Assembly: GCA_002633005.1 (NCBI GenBank)
Contig: NMRA01000591.1
Coordinates: 129,570 to 193,569, forward strand
Source: Phoronis australis
Lineage: Eukaryota > Animalia > Phoronida
Direction: 5' to 3'
Length of the DNA: 64,000 bases
Shown piece after piece: positions 35,235-49,426 of this stretch. The position numbers and the translations under genes were made by a program. The notes beneath the pieces were generated by a model. The model saw only the letters and a program-made list of their open reading frames with translations, was not told where the DNA came from and ran no database searches. Positions within the stretch are counted from its first letter, which is position 1. Every line of letters starts with the position of its first letter.

Positions 35235-37624
35235 TTCGAGAGCCCATAATGCTTCGGAAGTGGCTGGCGGCAGTGAAGAATGAATGGCACGCGGTGAATA
35301 CCAAGTATGAGGCCGCGAAGCATCTCCGTGTCTTCGTCGACAGTGATTTCACTGACGACTGCCAGCTTACCAAGTAGCTCATGCCAGGGCAGAAAAATGG
35401 ACTGAGGCTGAAGTCAGATGCTGTGTGCGCTCGGCAGGAAGGAGACAAAGAAACGCAGATTAGTTGTTGATCAGTTTTTGATTATGCAAAATTGTAGTTG
35501 GCCATGAAAACATAAACAGTTGCAATAAATTCAAGGCATGAGAACATAACGTTTTATATAACCTGTTTGGTGTCTTACTCGTTCGTCAGGCTTCTGTTTG
35601 GACCTCTGGATGTAGGGTGTTTCCGCCATTTCTTTTCCAAGCCCCGAACGCCATAAGCAGACCTCTGCTTAAATGCGTAAAAAATCAGGATGGTCTGTGC
35701 GACACACCTGCGCTTCTACAAGAAGGCATTTCACTTGCAGAACTTCGTGGCAGCAAACACAAGCAGCTTCAGTCGTTTCCATTATCGAGCAGTTATCGCA
35801 CTGCAATGACCATGATAAATCATTCAAACGGGTTTTGGAACCACCCATATGTTCCGTTGTCTGTGCGCGTTGACGGAGCCTCTCTAATATATCTTGATCA
35901 GTGATAGCCTGTAGAACCTAACGATCGACATGTGAAGTCTACGTTTGGATGAGAATTCGTCTACGTCGGGATTGCGAGTTGCCATATTGACGGTTATTGT
36001 GCAATCTGTTTCAAGATGACTTATTCTTTTTCCTAACCAATGTTTATATAAAACTGAAACAAAGTCTGTCTCATTAGATACAATTTGTAATGCCTTTGGA
36101 GTGTGCATGAGAGCAAATGTTTTTAGAAGCCAGCAATAAATAAATCACTTCGTTACAGGCTTTAGGTGCAATAACGCTAATTGACCAGGCACCGAGGCCG
36201 TGTGAGCGCATGCTAATTCAATGTTTGCTGACAGAAAGCCGTTGCAAAACAATAACTCGTTTTTATATCCTATGGTCAAATGTTAGGGGAATCTTTATTT
36301 GGATATACATAATTATAGATTATTCGAATCTTTGTTATTGTACGACTTTTGGCCCTGACTCTTCTGTGGAAGTGGAATTTGTTTTTGTGTGCCCCGACGA
36401 GTAAGTAGATTTGCAGTTTCGCGGCTAATCTACTAAAATGATCACGTGCACTTTATCTTTCTAGGTCACTAGCATACTTTTTTCGTGACTCGAAGATTAG
36501 TTTCCCACTTTCGCAGGTTTATGTTCGTGATGTCTTCAGTCTGGCCGCAACGAGCGCGATCGGGTTCCGAGCCACTGGCCGGGATAATTACAAGCGCTTT
36601 AAGTGTTTACAATTGAAAAAAAATCGCGAGTCTCAAATTACAACACACGGCTATCTTCTTCTATCTGTATTTCACGGAAGAATAATTCGAACTTATTACT
36701 GAACAGACCCCAAACTCCCGCGACTGACCTTGGCAATTAAATTGGCCTACCGAACTTTGTAGGCTACGGTAGGCATACTACGTTCAAATACCTAAAACTC
36801 CGTAACAGCAAGACAAAACAACACGTTGTTCAAGAACTCGGTGTATTTGTAATGATTTAACATCTAATTTTGATGATTTATTGGTGTAAAACGATGACTC
36901 AAGCGATAAGCTCCCACCAGTACATGACGGCGTTTTTCCGTTCAGTGACTTTACCAGACGTAGAGGGTTGTGAGCGTGTGATAACCTCTAGCTTCTTTGT
37001 TAAATGCCAAGCACAGTCTTTTGTCTGGTATGACAGCAGACAGGCCAATTATCTACCAGACTTATAGCAGACCACGTGTGAACACATCCAAATACAGAGC
37101 GAATTGGTACATGTATATTCGGAAAGAATAGATTGTCGTAGTTGAGCGATTTTGGCAATTCAAAAACTAAACATGATCAGCATTTGATGAGAATTTCAGA
37201 AAAGCTATTGGTTCATGTTGAAATACGTTGTAACTTAACTTTTAGTTTTAGCAGCACAGCCCAGTTTATAGATATGATCTTATTGGAGATTAGGGCAATT
37301 ATCGAACAAAAGGGAGCTGGCCCTCCAACCATAAATTCCAGAACGGAGTTAATCAGTCGTGTAAGATGTTGGCTACTGGGGTAAACTTCCCAACTTGTTG
37401 TTGAGCTGTAGAATCGAACAAGTTGGGAGCAACAGAAAAACGCCGTAATGAAGCGTGTTGTGAACTGGTGAGCAGACCGCATTCGAACCTCTGACGTCAT
37501 TGCTTAATTTCAACACCTCCATCTTGAGTCAGGTGTCAGGTGAAAGAACTCTACTTGCTGTAATCTAGTGGACCTACTTGATCTAAATTGATACGAAACA
37601 GGTTGTTTTGGGTGGCATTCTCCT
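35235..37624. mobile_element. Decayed Kolobok-like element (THAP remnant +, KolX-like remnant -), same family as 55022-56724
   Basis: + strand RKWLAAVKNE...HLRV..FVDSDF...LRLKSDAV (THAP incl. AVP box); - strand Cys-rich ORF 35848-35669; 35870-36920 colinear with 55450-56550; right TIR GGGTGGCATTCTCCT at 37610-37624. Confidence 0.8.
35669..35848 (-). pseudogene. KolX / P2X7 C-terminal ballast-like Cys-rich ORF remnant
   Basis: MGGSKTRLNDLSWSLQCDNCSIMETTEAACVCCHEVLQVKCLLVEAQVCRTDHPDFLRI*; fits W(C)xCxxCxxM.T..E..CCxE...CxTxHxxF pattern. Confidence 0.75.
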
Positions 37625-38137
37625 CAGATGCGAACGAAGTTGGAAATGAAATAATCTAGAGAGATGGTGCTCGTTAAAATTGACATTAAAATTAGTTCTA
37701 CCTGAAAATATATTGAAACTGGCACATAATTGATCAAGCTTAATCATCTAATGTGAAGCTGGGACTGCCGACGAGGGTGAAGTAACCAACAATTGACAGA
37801 ACGGGCCAACAATGTGACGGATAAATGAGAAATGGGAAGGACGGGGTTGTGATGGGACAGGGTGACTCGGCGACGAAAATAGTATTAAGTGCCAGTTTCT
37901 ACTGCTGGTACACAAAGGTCATCTTGACGCAAAGGCTTGCGTAGCCTCAATATGTTCTGCAATTAGCCAAAACTGGCTTTATCATGTTAGCACTAATTTG
38001 GAGTGCTTATTAAAATATTTCCTGACATCGCTAATGCAATCATAGCTGATAATAAAAATTAGCAGGAGGTCGTGCTCATTATGTCCTACCTTATAATTTC
38101 TCACGCAGGCGCCTAGTTGAAAGCATTTCTCAGGTTG

Positions 38138-39461
38138 ACATGCTATGAACATTCCCACTAAATAAGATTGGTTTTAACCCCAGTGGTTAAGGTAAACGGC
38201 GGGGTATGGAAAATTGAACTAGACCGTATTTATCCACCTTGGCTGAGTCGCGCTCGGCTCACGATCAAAGGGATGCCGCCAAGCTGCTCTAGTCATCGAG
38301 TCACGAGCGTGGATAATTGGCTTCGCTCATGCGGATATGATCAGCTGATTACAATCTAGCTATCAGACTGTACTTTTTATGGAGAGAGTTTTACGTAGTT
38401 TTTACTGTAATATTTGAAAAGAGGAGCGAAAACAAATATGAGTACAACTTTGAATTTTTCAAATCGGCCCAGGATAAGAGATTTTGCAACACAGCAACAC
38501 TCACGATTACTTTCATTCGGCGCGCACTAATACAAAAATATAGGACCCAAGTTATTTAGATTTTGGAACACATGCATTGCANGCAAGGTGAGTGCTGGTT
38601 CACTCACAGATTTTGTGTGCACAGGCCGACTGTCGTTAGCTCTGCCGTGGAGTATTAATAATCCAAGGCTCGATCTACATATGTTGGGGACGAAATGAAC
38701 TACCCGGGCTGTGTGAAATTTCAGGGTCTAACGGAGACACTGACACAGTGGTCAGTGAGATCGCTGTATCAAGACTATAGTCAAAATCCAAATTCGTTTT
38801 ATCGTGTCCCTGTCAATAATAATGGCATGTTAAAGCCTTCTTAATTTTCGTACTTCAGGAACATAACAATGACGTGTTTTGTACACATACGCGCACGCCG
38901 CAGATCACATCTCGGAAATTGCCGATTTGACGGATGACAATGAATGAACACAATGAAATTAACAACGTCGTTTTACAGCTTGTAAGATTCATAATAAAAG
39001 TATATTGAATATTGCAATGCATGTGTTCCAAAATCTAAATAACTTGGGTCCTATATTTTTGTATTAGTGCGCGCCGAATGAAACTTGAGTAATCGTGAGT
39101 GTTGCTGTGTTGCAAAATCTCTTATCCTGGGCCGATTTGAAAAATTCAAAGTTGTACTCATATTTGTTTTCGCTCCTCTTTTCAAATATTACAGTAAAAA
39201 CTACGTAAAACTCTCACCATAAAAAGTACAGTCTGCTAGCTAGATTGTAATCAGCTGATCATATCGGCATGAGCGAAGCCAATTATCCTCGCTCGTGACT
39301 CGATGACTAGAGCAGCCTGGCGGCATCCCTTTGATCTTGAGCCGAGTGCGACTCAGCCAAGGTGGATAAATACGGTCTAGTTCAATTTTCCATACCCCGC
39401 CGTTTACCTTAACCACTGGGGTTAGAACCAATTTTATTTAGTGGGAATGTTCATAGCATGT
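38138..39461. mobile_element. Foldback element: ~445-bp near-identical inverted arms (38138-38581 / 39013-39461) around ~430-bp spacer
   Basis: Arms differ by a handful of substitutions and a 5-nt indel; mirrored ORFs 38168+ and 39431- in the ORF track; no clear TSD. Confidence 0.93.
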
Positions 39462-39699
39462 TTGAGAATTTTAAGTATTTGTATAATCTATGTGGCAAAA
39501 TGTTAGCTCCAACAACGTACCAACAACGTAATGACTCTTGCAAAACCATGGGAACTAGCAGGACACGATAGTACCTCAACGGCTCTAGGTAGACTAGTAC
39601 ACAGTATACTGTACCCACTTTATAAGTCGCAGCTCTGATAAGGTTACGATCTTGCCACTAAATTGCGAGTGTGATAACATGTGCCTGCTGCTTAGCATT

Positions 39700-42510
39700 T
39701 ACAATCATGATCAGACAATGAATGGTCCCGGTTGAAGGTCAAGCAACATCCAGTCAATGCAATCGACACGCGTGTCACATGCTGGCGAGATCATTTGTGA
39801 ACTCCTTACGCACCTACATGTACATGTATATCTTGATTTCCGGCGCATCTGTGTTAGTGTAATGCTTCTGTTGGTTCTGTTCTTATGGTGTAGGTCTACA
39901 TGTATGTAAAGGTATGAAAAGATCGAAGTAAGCCCCCACGTTGGAAACTATCTGCCATCGTTTTTTCATGTTTTGGCGCGCAGCAAACCACGGTGTAGAA
40001 AAAACTGACAATGTGGCTGGTCAGGAACTAAAATACACCGAGAAATTTTAGTCCATGCACAATTAATTACTACACATTGTAAATCGACTGGCAACACAAT
40101 ACAATGATCGAGGCGTTGAACAGTTGACAAATGCTTTCCTTGTTCAAAGAGAAATGACTAATTGTGCAAACTCCAGACTCACTGAACTCACGCTATCTAT
40201 TAGTTATGCATAACGGATCGCATTTTATTTCCTCGGGTCCATGTGTGGTGTGCGCCGAAAATCTCTTTTTCAATGATCTGATTTCATATCATGAACGTTT
40301 TTTAGAATTACTTCGGACATTGTTGGAATGTACTGGATGAGATAGCTTGAGCAAATTTTTAGATGGATTTGACCACTGGTTTGCTCCGTAGTGGTGCTTT
40401 AGTTTTTATGTTTGCCTCTATATCTTCGTACAGTGTAATTCCTTGACGGATTTTCCTAAAATTCAACAATACATGTAGGTATCTATTTAGGAAGTGACGG
40501 TGCATTCTTATTTTCGAATTGATTCAACGTATTCTGTCACACCTCATCATGTCCGTTTTTACTGTTTTCTAGACTGTTCTGTGGGTTCCGACTTTCTGTT
40601 GAGCAAATCGCGATTTTGAAAAGTCGTGTATGTGCTCTTACTGGGAAGAATGTGTGATGTTGGTTTTTGGTTGTCAACAACAAACTCTAAAGCGTTCCTT
40701 CATTGGATTGTTGCACTTTTTGAGGTTTTAGACTGTGTATAAAAATTTATCCCTCAAAATGTAACCAAATTAGTTCCTTTTTTGGGAAGTAATTGAAGAC
40801 TTTTGAATTTTAAAGAACAGTTAATGATTTTTTGTTGCCACCATGGGATGTCATCAGTGGAACACATTGATCAGTTGACAGTAAATATGAGATTGCAGAT
40901 ACAGTAGTAGTGATTTTGAAAGTTACTAAGACTTTACAAGAATTCTGAAGACAGGTCTGTAAATGGGGGTGAAAACGATACTCATGACAAAGGTGAAACA
41001 TGTAATGAGTTAGACCTCGCCATATCGGCAGACTTTGCGGGTTTGAGGCCGCGCTAACTCCAACACCCCGCACCCGCCGGCGTCTTCCGCGAGTGAAGCC
41101 TACTCAGTCTGCGGACAGTCATGCTATTGAATCACTACTTGATTTTCTAACAACTCCAGTGTCTAGTAATATGTGTCTACCCTAACTTTCAAAGCCCAGG
41201 TCAGCTGACAATGATTTCTTTTCTGCGGTTGTGACCTCAAATCATTTGCGTGCCATGACATCTACGTCTCCTCTTCTACCTTTGGGTTGAGACGTATACG
41301 TCTGTAATATGCATTCGCACGCACAACATCTTGAACAAGAAGTCTGATGCAAACATGACTGCAATCATCTCAGACACAGATTAAGCCTGACAGACTCGAT
41401 ATGTGCATGGTAACTACGCTCCCGGCAACGTACAAGACAATACAATTCCTCTCCGTCATACGCACTTACATGTACATACATGTAATAGAGAAACTTTCGT
41501 CAAATCTCCGTTTCTGCCACGGATTGAAGCACGATTCTTAAAAATGGGCTTAGCACAGTATTGTCCCTGAACTGATCGCCCGCTGAGTCCACCGAGTACT
41601 ACCATGCCCGTGTCCGCACGAGCGCATGCCAATTTGGGGGAGGTCTTTTGAAAACGCAGAAACTGAAAGATTGTTTGCCTGATTGCTTTTACTGCATCGT
41701 CGCCCCAAGCAACTTTTCATACTACTCAGTAAAACTCAGTTTTCGAGACCACTACAGATAGGTCCGGGGCTAATGCGGAAAACACAAACACGGAGTCCTA
41801 ATCCACTGATATTGTCACACTTAAGTTGAAGAAGAGATACTTTAAAAGTAACACTGTGGGTAGCCGAATTGAAGCACTTAGGACCATGGTGTGAAGGGTA
41901 TAATCGAACGTTGGTTGATTTGTTAAAATTTGAGGATTACCAGGAACATTTGGGTAATGTAGTTCACTGTATGCGTGGTTAATGCGGATTATCTATTGAT
42001 CAGTCGTATATGTCAATAATTTCAAAACTGTCATCCATATTTTTATAAAGAACTGTAGTTTCATTAAATGAGTCGTTGACAGTACATCTAAAAAGATACT
42101 CAAATTAAATCATCCTTACATTTCTTGCACTGTAGGAGGGATTGATGGTGAAGGGCGGGGGGGGGGGGGCATNGGCATTCCGCCCATTCAAGTGTATATT
42201 TTGCCATGTCATTTATTGAGTCTGATAAGTATTTCAATTTCGTGATACCACTCTGGATGGGTAAGCAAAGGAACGACTCATTTCATTATCTGTTATTTTT
42301 TCGGGTATCCATATTACCCGATCCAATTGGTGTTGCATTTTGAATGTACAGCTCTTATGCAGTAGGCAGAAAAACCCTGGGACAACAAACTAATCGTTCA
42401 AAGAGCAGTTATCTTTTTCAGCCAACATTGCTAAAACAAAACGCAGGGAACATTTGTAACAGTTTTCTCTAGTTCGGGACGTTGCATCCAGCCCAGGGTT
42501 ACTTTTGAAG
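39700..42510. repeat. Old non-coding duplication, copy A
   Basis: Colinear blocks with 49280-53990: 39716~49290, 40380~51552, 40500~51660, 41931~52728, 42191~53392, 42422~53622. Confidence 0.85.
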
Positions 42511-42571
42511 AGATGTGACTATTTCAGGTTTTCTTAGGGACTAATATGCAACTTTAGTTATTTTGCTATGA

Positions 42572-43084
42572 AAATCACTCGCCCTAAAATGGAAACAGTT
42601 TTCTTGATATTTATAATATTTGGACTACAAGGTGGCGAGTCCTCCGTAACGCCGCTTTTGTGTTTGGTCGAAACACGAATCCTTAAAATGTGCCGTACAA
42701 TGTGTGGCTCTCCACTGGATCGCATGTTCCATACTGGCATCCCACTCTCTCGTATGGCTCACAAACCGATGCCATTTCCTTGCAACTTTCACGTATTTAG
42801 GAAAATTGAACACATAGGTTTTTTCTGTCAAGTGGCTGTTACTACGGCCTCTACCAACGAACGTTTTCATGTCTCCGCGGACTTTCCTCCCAACTCCTCT
42901 GCATCGTAAAAACAGGAACGTCGGAAACGGTCTACCACCGATTACGTACAGACTCGATAGCAGAAAAATATATTGTTTTAATTTTTAGCTTTTTTCTTAG
43001 AAACATGTATATTAAAGGCTATTAAATGTCTTAAGACGTATTAACAAAATTCTTTTTGAGACACAGGGTCATTTTGGGAACTCT
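42572..43084 (-). mobile_element. Kolobok-like right end with THAP-domain remnant
   Basis: - strand VFNFPKYVKVARKWHRFVSHTREW...HCTAHFKDSCF (THAP F.FP...W...C..HF); ends TGGGAACTCT|TTAA. Confidence 0.75.
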
Positions 43085-43348
43085 TTAAATCCTGTTTGGA
43101 ATACAGGACTTGCAACTAAATTTACATTAATGTTTTTGCATATCGTGACTAATCTAGAATAGAAAGATTCATACTAAAAACGTTAAATGGTTTACTTGTA
43201 GCGGTATTTCGCAGCTGTCTACAGTTTGCTAAAATTGGAGTCATCATCCATCAGATTTTATCCCCAAAACGCAAAATGGCTAATTTTACAGAAACCGAAA
43301 AACTAAAAAACATGCCAGGTATTAATCACTCCACCTACATGTAAACAT

Positions 43349-43604
43349 AAGCTATATGTCAAAAACAATCTGTGACATGACATGTTCCGAAAGATTAGTT
43401 CCATGTGTACAGCGAATTTTTAGTACAATATTTCTAGTCAGGTTTTCTAGTGCATCACCGCAGCAACACTTAAAAGCTATATGTCAAAAGAAAATCTGTG
43501 ACAAGTCATGTTCAGGGAGTTTTGTTCCGTGTGTGCAGCGAATTTTTTAGTACAATATTTATAGTCGGATTTTATAGCGTATCACCCCAGTAACACTTAA
43601 AAGC
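43349..43604. repeat. ~126-bp tandem duplication x2
   Basis: aagctatatgtcaaaa...aacacttaaaagc at 43349 and 43474. Confidence 0.9.
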
Positions 43605-43829
43605 CACACGTAACCGTATAAATTTACAAAACGTATCAATGGATATCTACTTTAACTCAGTGAACATTACACTAGATGGCGTATCAAATGGGACGGCATC
43701 TTTAAAAGCTCACGAGTCAAGTTGTTTGTGCAAAACAGAATGTGAGTTTACACACAGGAACTAAAATGCCTGAATTTTACCCTCTCTAGGAAGCTTGGAG
43801 CTAATACGTCTTAAAAATCCGAGTCGCTG

Positions 43830-44900
43830 TTGTGTATTAGAGACAACCTCAGAAATATTGTCAGTCCATGAGAATGTGTTGTTAATATGAACACCAAGTA
43901 ATTTCTCAGAGCTTGTTTGCTCCGAAGAAATTTCCACGCATTTAAGATATAATCAGGTCGATGGTTTTACTTGTATCCCTTTACTGTCAAGACACCAGCC
44001 TTCAACGTTGGTTAAATCACCTTAGACCCAAATCTGCACGTGTATATTAGACATTTGTCGACGCACGTGTATATAGACATTTGTCGACTAATATGAAATG
44101 GTTAACGAGGTCGAATGCCATCTTAAAATCTAGTTATATTACCGTTGACTGCAAGCCACATTCAACTCTACAGTATTCAAGAGTGCATCTTTGCAGGAAA
44201 ACCTTGCTCGAAGTCCTGACTGCCCTCTTATAAGAAGGTCGTTTGAACTTAAATAATGACAAAGGCGGCTGTGTATACATGTACATATCTCTATTATTTT
44301 GGATAAGAGTGAGAGTACCAATACAAGTCGATAGTTGTCAATTCCATCCCTGCTACAGCCTTTGTGAAGAAGCATAACTTTGGTAACCTTCCAGCGGCTA
44401 GGAAGTTTACAAGTAGCTACATGTATACTGACGTTAATTACAAAGGTCAGTGGTGGTCCAAGCTCTGTGTGAGCAAAAACGTTATGTTCACACCATAATC
44501 ACCATGTATGCTTTCATGATCATCAGCATCAGTTTTACAGAGAAGCCTGTATTAAAACTAGTTTCCTCATGAACCTTGCTGTTTACTAAGTACCTAAGTT
44601 TAATAAATGATGACTGAGAGTCGTCCTTGGCAATAGGCCAGTGAGACGAACATTAAAAGTGGCAGCTACCTCAGCCCTGTGCTGTCACAACTTCAGAATC
44701 TACAAACAGAGCATTGGGTAAACAAAACTTTTCTTTATTGAGACAGACTTCCCAAAAGAATCCATAGATTGTGTGGATTCGTCGGGATTACTCTGAATGA
44801 CTTCTGAGTAATAGTCTGCCTTAGCCTTGCTTATCGTGGAGGTAACAGCATAACATTGTATCCTGTATTCTTCCGTATTGAATCCTTCAGTCTGTTTTAA
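43830..44900 (-). mobile_element. Decayed LINE (CR1/L2-type) ORF2 reverse transcriptase fossil
   Basis: - strand: ISKAKADYYSEVI; LPSRWKVTKVMLLHKG...NYRLVLVLSLLSKIIE...LSSNDLLIRGQSGLRARFSCKDAL; EKLLGVHINNTFSW. Confidence 0.88.
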
Positions 44901-45637
44901 GACGGTTCTCCAGAATTAGACCAGGTTGCAATAACCAAAACAATCAATGAGACAATTTATGTTACAGTTTTTAGATGAACGTGAGTGCTTGCACAAAGAA
45001 CCATACCATTCGGATATAACAGCGATTTCACTGTTGATAAAATTTCATTGATACGTATTTTAGGCGTTATGTAGGTGTTCTTTATCACAAACGCCTTGAA
45101 TTTGTTTTTTTCCGTATTCACCTCCCGTACTATTTCAACGGTGACCTCTGACATGGAAAGTTCAAAAGGTAGGTCACTGTCGGCTCGACGGCGTTACATG
45201 GTTCAATCATCAAACCTTTCGATTATAGTTTAAAGTAATACAGTTGCAGCAGTATAAATAACACTCGACAGGCAATCCTGTCCCAGATGTAAGATCTGGT
45301 ACAAAACTGTTAGTTATAGGACAGTTCTGACTATTTTCAAATGCTAAATATTATATCATCTGCAACTCAGGCGCCGATAACTCTCTAACTGCAATATCAA
45401 ATATTTAATAACTGTTGCTACACTTTCAATGCTTAATTACCGTTGTTTTCCTCTTGTCATCTCTTTTCAATGAAGAAACCGTTTCATTTAAAACTGTTTA
45501 AAACTAGAGAAAACTTGTAACCCTAACGTGCAAGTATATACATGTAGTATGTCATCTGCCACGTGAACAGTCTGGGTGAAGTGTTTAAAATCTGGCAAAA
45601 ATGAAAGAAACTTAGGAATTCGAAGCGTATGAGGAAA

Positions 45638-45786
45638 TGCAAAACGTACCTCGATTGGCGTACATGAAGTAATATCCCATTCGACATTATTCCCTGCATC
45701 AACCTCGACCTTCGATCTCGGTCGATTCGAGTAATAATTTCTCGTTGGATATTATATCATTTACGGCACTCTCGATACGTTTTGCA
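45638..45786. mobile_element. Degenerate palindromic MITE (Crypton-like centre)
   Basis: tgcaaaacgta...gtacatga..taatatcc...attatt pairs with aataat...ggatatta..tcatttac...tacgttttgca; centre ctcgaccttcgatctcgg. Confidence 0.55.
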
Positions 45787-45869
45787 TATATATTATACGT
45801 GACAAAAACAGCTTTGTCGGGATAGTAGGCCTACCGTAAAGAGCTAGATTACGCTTCCCCAGTCATCAT

Positions 45870-46060
45870 ACGCATTAAAGTCCATCCCTGTACATAGAGT
45901 TCAAGAGATCAAGTTTGTTACCATAAAAGCCCAGTTTTGCAACCTATGTCATAGTTGCCCGTGAGGAGCTCGGTCAAATATAAACGCTCGTATAGCTGGC
46001 GTATCTATTTGTTTTTGGCATATTGCATAAAGAATAAACGTTTGGTCCCGAGTGCAATAG
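45870..46060 (-). mobile_element. Second LINE RT fossil
   Basis: - strand CTRDQTFILYAICQK...AFIFDRAPHGQL*HRL / KLGFYGNKLDLLNSMYR (cf. T.D..F.L...AF.D..KAFD.V....LW..L...G..G......MY). Confidence 0.7.
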
Positions 46061-49000
46061 ATCTCACAGAATATTGCCTAACATAGCATATATCCACCAA
46101 GCTCGTCCTTTTTACTCAGTCCGTGTTCTTAAGTCAGCTTCTGCTCACTTCTCTGTAGTAGTAATGAATCATTTTACATGTAAGTAACAATTTTCAACTA
46201 CCACGACCAAAAATTTGAAGACACCTTGACAGTTTTGCCGAATATCACTCGACTTGATCACCGTAAATTCGACAGATGGCGCGTCGTGTTGCGGCAAGGA
46301 TTTGTAATACCATTATCTATCGCTAGGAGTTCATCGTGAGAGTGACGCAGCATGAAACTTCCTTCATCGCTGTTCATATTGGACGCAGTTTTTCCGATGG
46401 TAATCTCTTCTTTTAGTGCACTGTTTTTTACATTAGTCTCCGAGTCTCTAATTTTGATGTTATCTCAGTCTATTGCGTGGTTGCTAACAATCACTGACAT
46501 GCTAGGTGATCACAGACTTATTAAAAACAGCGTCAGAGCGTTTATTAACGGCGCTGTCTCAACCTAATGCTAATGATTTCTACATATCTAGTAACACCAT
46601 CCTTCTGTTCTTTGACACGTGTACATACACCAAGAGCGCGGTCCGTTTCTATTATGTATGTTTCCAAACGGTTCTGTTAAAACAAAGGGTTTCATAAACC
46701 ACACATTTTGAAGAATCTTCATAATTTAGTTGTCCTTGGGGTGAACTATTACGTTCTTAATAGAGGCGTGACGTTTCATTGCAGTCTATATGTCGTATTT
46801 CTTTAATACGCCACTGAGAGTTTCCATTGTTGCTTTAACATACGGCATCACCTCTCTTCTCTTTATCCGCGGTGACGTCAGGCTATCCGATAGTCTGTTT
46901 TACAATGTAAGTAAGCTTTTGCAAAGGACCAACTTGGTTAACTACAAACAGGCTCAAAGCTTTCTCCAGATGTTGGCTTCACTCGGTGATATTATCTGCT
47001 GCCTCAGTTCAACCTGTAACATCTATCGATCTTATTAGTCACGCCTATTTTTTGGTGAAGAGAGTGCGCAGACTCGAAGTTCAAGTATTGATAGGTGTGC
47101 ACTTATTTTCGTTACCAGCAGTGATTATAATTATCAGCCTTGTTCAAGTTTTTGGTTAACTGCGGAATGGCATCCTTCATAGTCAAGTATCCTGAGATCA
47201 AAAGAGCCGTTTTGATTTCGGCAAATGGTGTCTGGATCATGGTGTCGTTCCTAATTCAATTACACATAGCAACCACCTGAGGTGTCAAGTTTCACAACAA
47301 AGCAGTTTACAAACAGAACACATTGTACTCATTCCGTGACTTTCATTCTTCAAATTATTACGGTAACTGATATCCTAGTTGAACAGTTTTTTCATTCGAA
47401 GTTGTTGACACATATTTCCCGCAATTGACGTCTTTGTGACTACACATCCTTACCTCAACACGACGCGCCATTTGACGAATTTATTGTGATCATGCCGAAT
47501 GATGTTTGGCGAAATTGTCAAGGTATCCTCAGCGATAATAGAAAATAATTACCTACATGTACCCTATCGGTCATCAGAGCCTGTTCAGTGGACTACAGAT
47601 GAAATCGTCTGTCATCTTGTGCTTATGGATTTTGACCTAAAAACGTGATATTAAAATTACCAGTGGCAGCAATGCCGCCCAATAAGCCAAGTGAATATGC
47701 CTTCACGCGAGTTCAAGATTTGTTGTGCATTGCTGCATACAAAACTAAAATGATCTACATGTAACTATAAAAAAGGACACCTCTTAATAATTTAACATAC
47801 TTCACGGGAATTGTTTCATACCGTATCTGGACTTATTCACTAATTTTATGGAATTCATTTTGTCCAACATTGATTAAGCAGTTAGTGGCATTTAAGGGGA
47901 TAATTGAATTCAGTGGCTAAATGTAATTGATTATTGTCTGTATCATGTGTAGGAAAATGATTTATTTACATTCGTAATCATATGCCATGGTAATCTTAAC
48001 ATCAGTTTTTTTAATTTATGTATTTGTTTATAATAATTGTGTTTAGATTTCTTTGTATTTAGAATTCCTCTTGGCGCTTTCTGGGTTATGTATGCTCAAT
48101 GTATTGAAGATTTCGTAATAAACATTAAAAAACTGCATCAACCAATATGGACATTGACAGTTTGCTTGACGGGTTCAATTGTGAGCACCAAAATAATTAA
48201 GAGTCGTTTTTTTACAAATTTATCACGTTAAGTTAATACGGATTGAAGCGGAAATTGATCGATGGTTGTGAATGTAGAAACTGTCTTTGTCTAAATTATT
48301 GTCTGTGGTTATTCATGTTTTTGAGCGGGGAAAAGCTACTAATTGTCAGCGTTTGATTGATGATGTTGTATGATAAACTTTAGAGTCTTGAAACGTATTT
48401 GGATTTGTTACATACATGTATAATACGAACTAGTACTAGCCGTCTGCCAGTGTCATGGCAAGTAATTGTCACAGGGCATCCTAAAGCTACCGATAATAGA
48501 ATTTTTCATTTTTATTTTCCTAGTTCCAATGAGTAAGTGACAGCGGTCTGGGATTCCTCTGTCTTACTCTGAATTTGTTAAGTGAAAATTGGTAACACAA
48601 CTATGCAGTTTACAATGACAAACAGGAGAAAACATAACAATATTACATAAAGTGTTGAATATATTTCTGAGAAAGGAATGCAAAAATCCGACTTGTTTGA
48701 TTGGCATAAGCGATTTATTTTGCATGAAACACACTAAATTAGTTTCAAATTTGCTTGAAATACACGAAATGAAAGCAAAAGTTTGCCTTCGGTTTACTAC
48801 ACGGAACCAAGGCACCGGAACGCATTAGTCGTGCAAACGTAGTCTTGCGTCAGGCTGCATGACTTCACGGAGTTGAGTTGCGAATCTTTTAACGAGTATG
48901 GTTCCACAAAAACTCGTTGCACTGCTTTTTTCCTGTTGGTATGTACGTTGAGTTGTTAACCATGCTCAGTTGCAACAGAGTTTCAACTGGTGGATGATCG

Positions 49001-49426
49001 AGGTGGTATCGGAGCAGATTGCATATGCTTTCAAGAGTGTGCAATGTGCACCCTAGTAAATTTACAGACTTCAAGGAACATTTTCAAACTGCCTGGTGTG
49101 CATGTACTGTGCGGATTGGTTCAGGTAAGTCGACACTGGTTACTGCATTGGTAAATCTGGGCTATACGTTTTGACTTGTTTTGTTACCAGGTCGTCGAAC
49201 TTTCAGCATTTTTGTAGCATGGGACAAAACGTTTCAACTACGTCTTGCAAACTTTGGGGGTTTATTTAAATCTATCAGAACATGGTCACACAATGAATGG
49301 TCCCGATTGAAGGTCAATCAACAACCAATCACAGCAATCTACAAGTGCGTCACACACTGGCGAGATTGTGAAACTTGTCAGACTTCTGCATCTGTGCCTT
49401 GATTTCTGGTGAGTCTATGTTACTGT

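Noticed and set aside
46350-47300. LINE endonuclease remnants next to the second RT fossil
   Set aside because: Only vague motif resemblance and on inconsistent strands.
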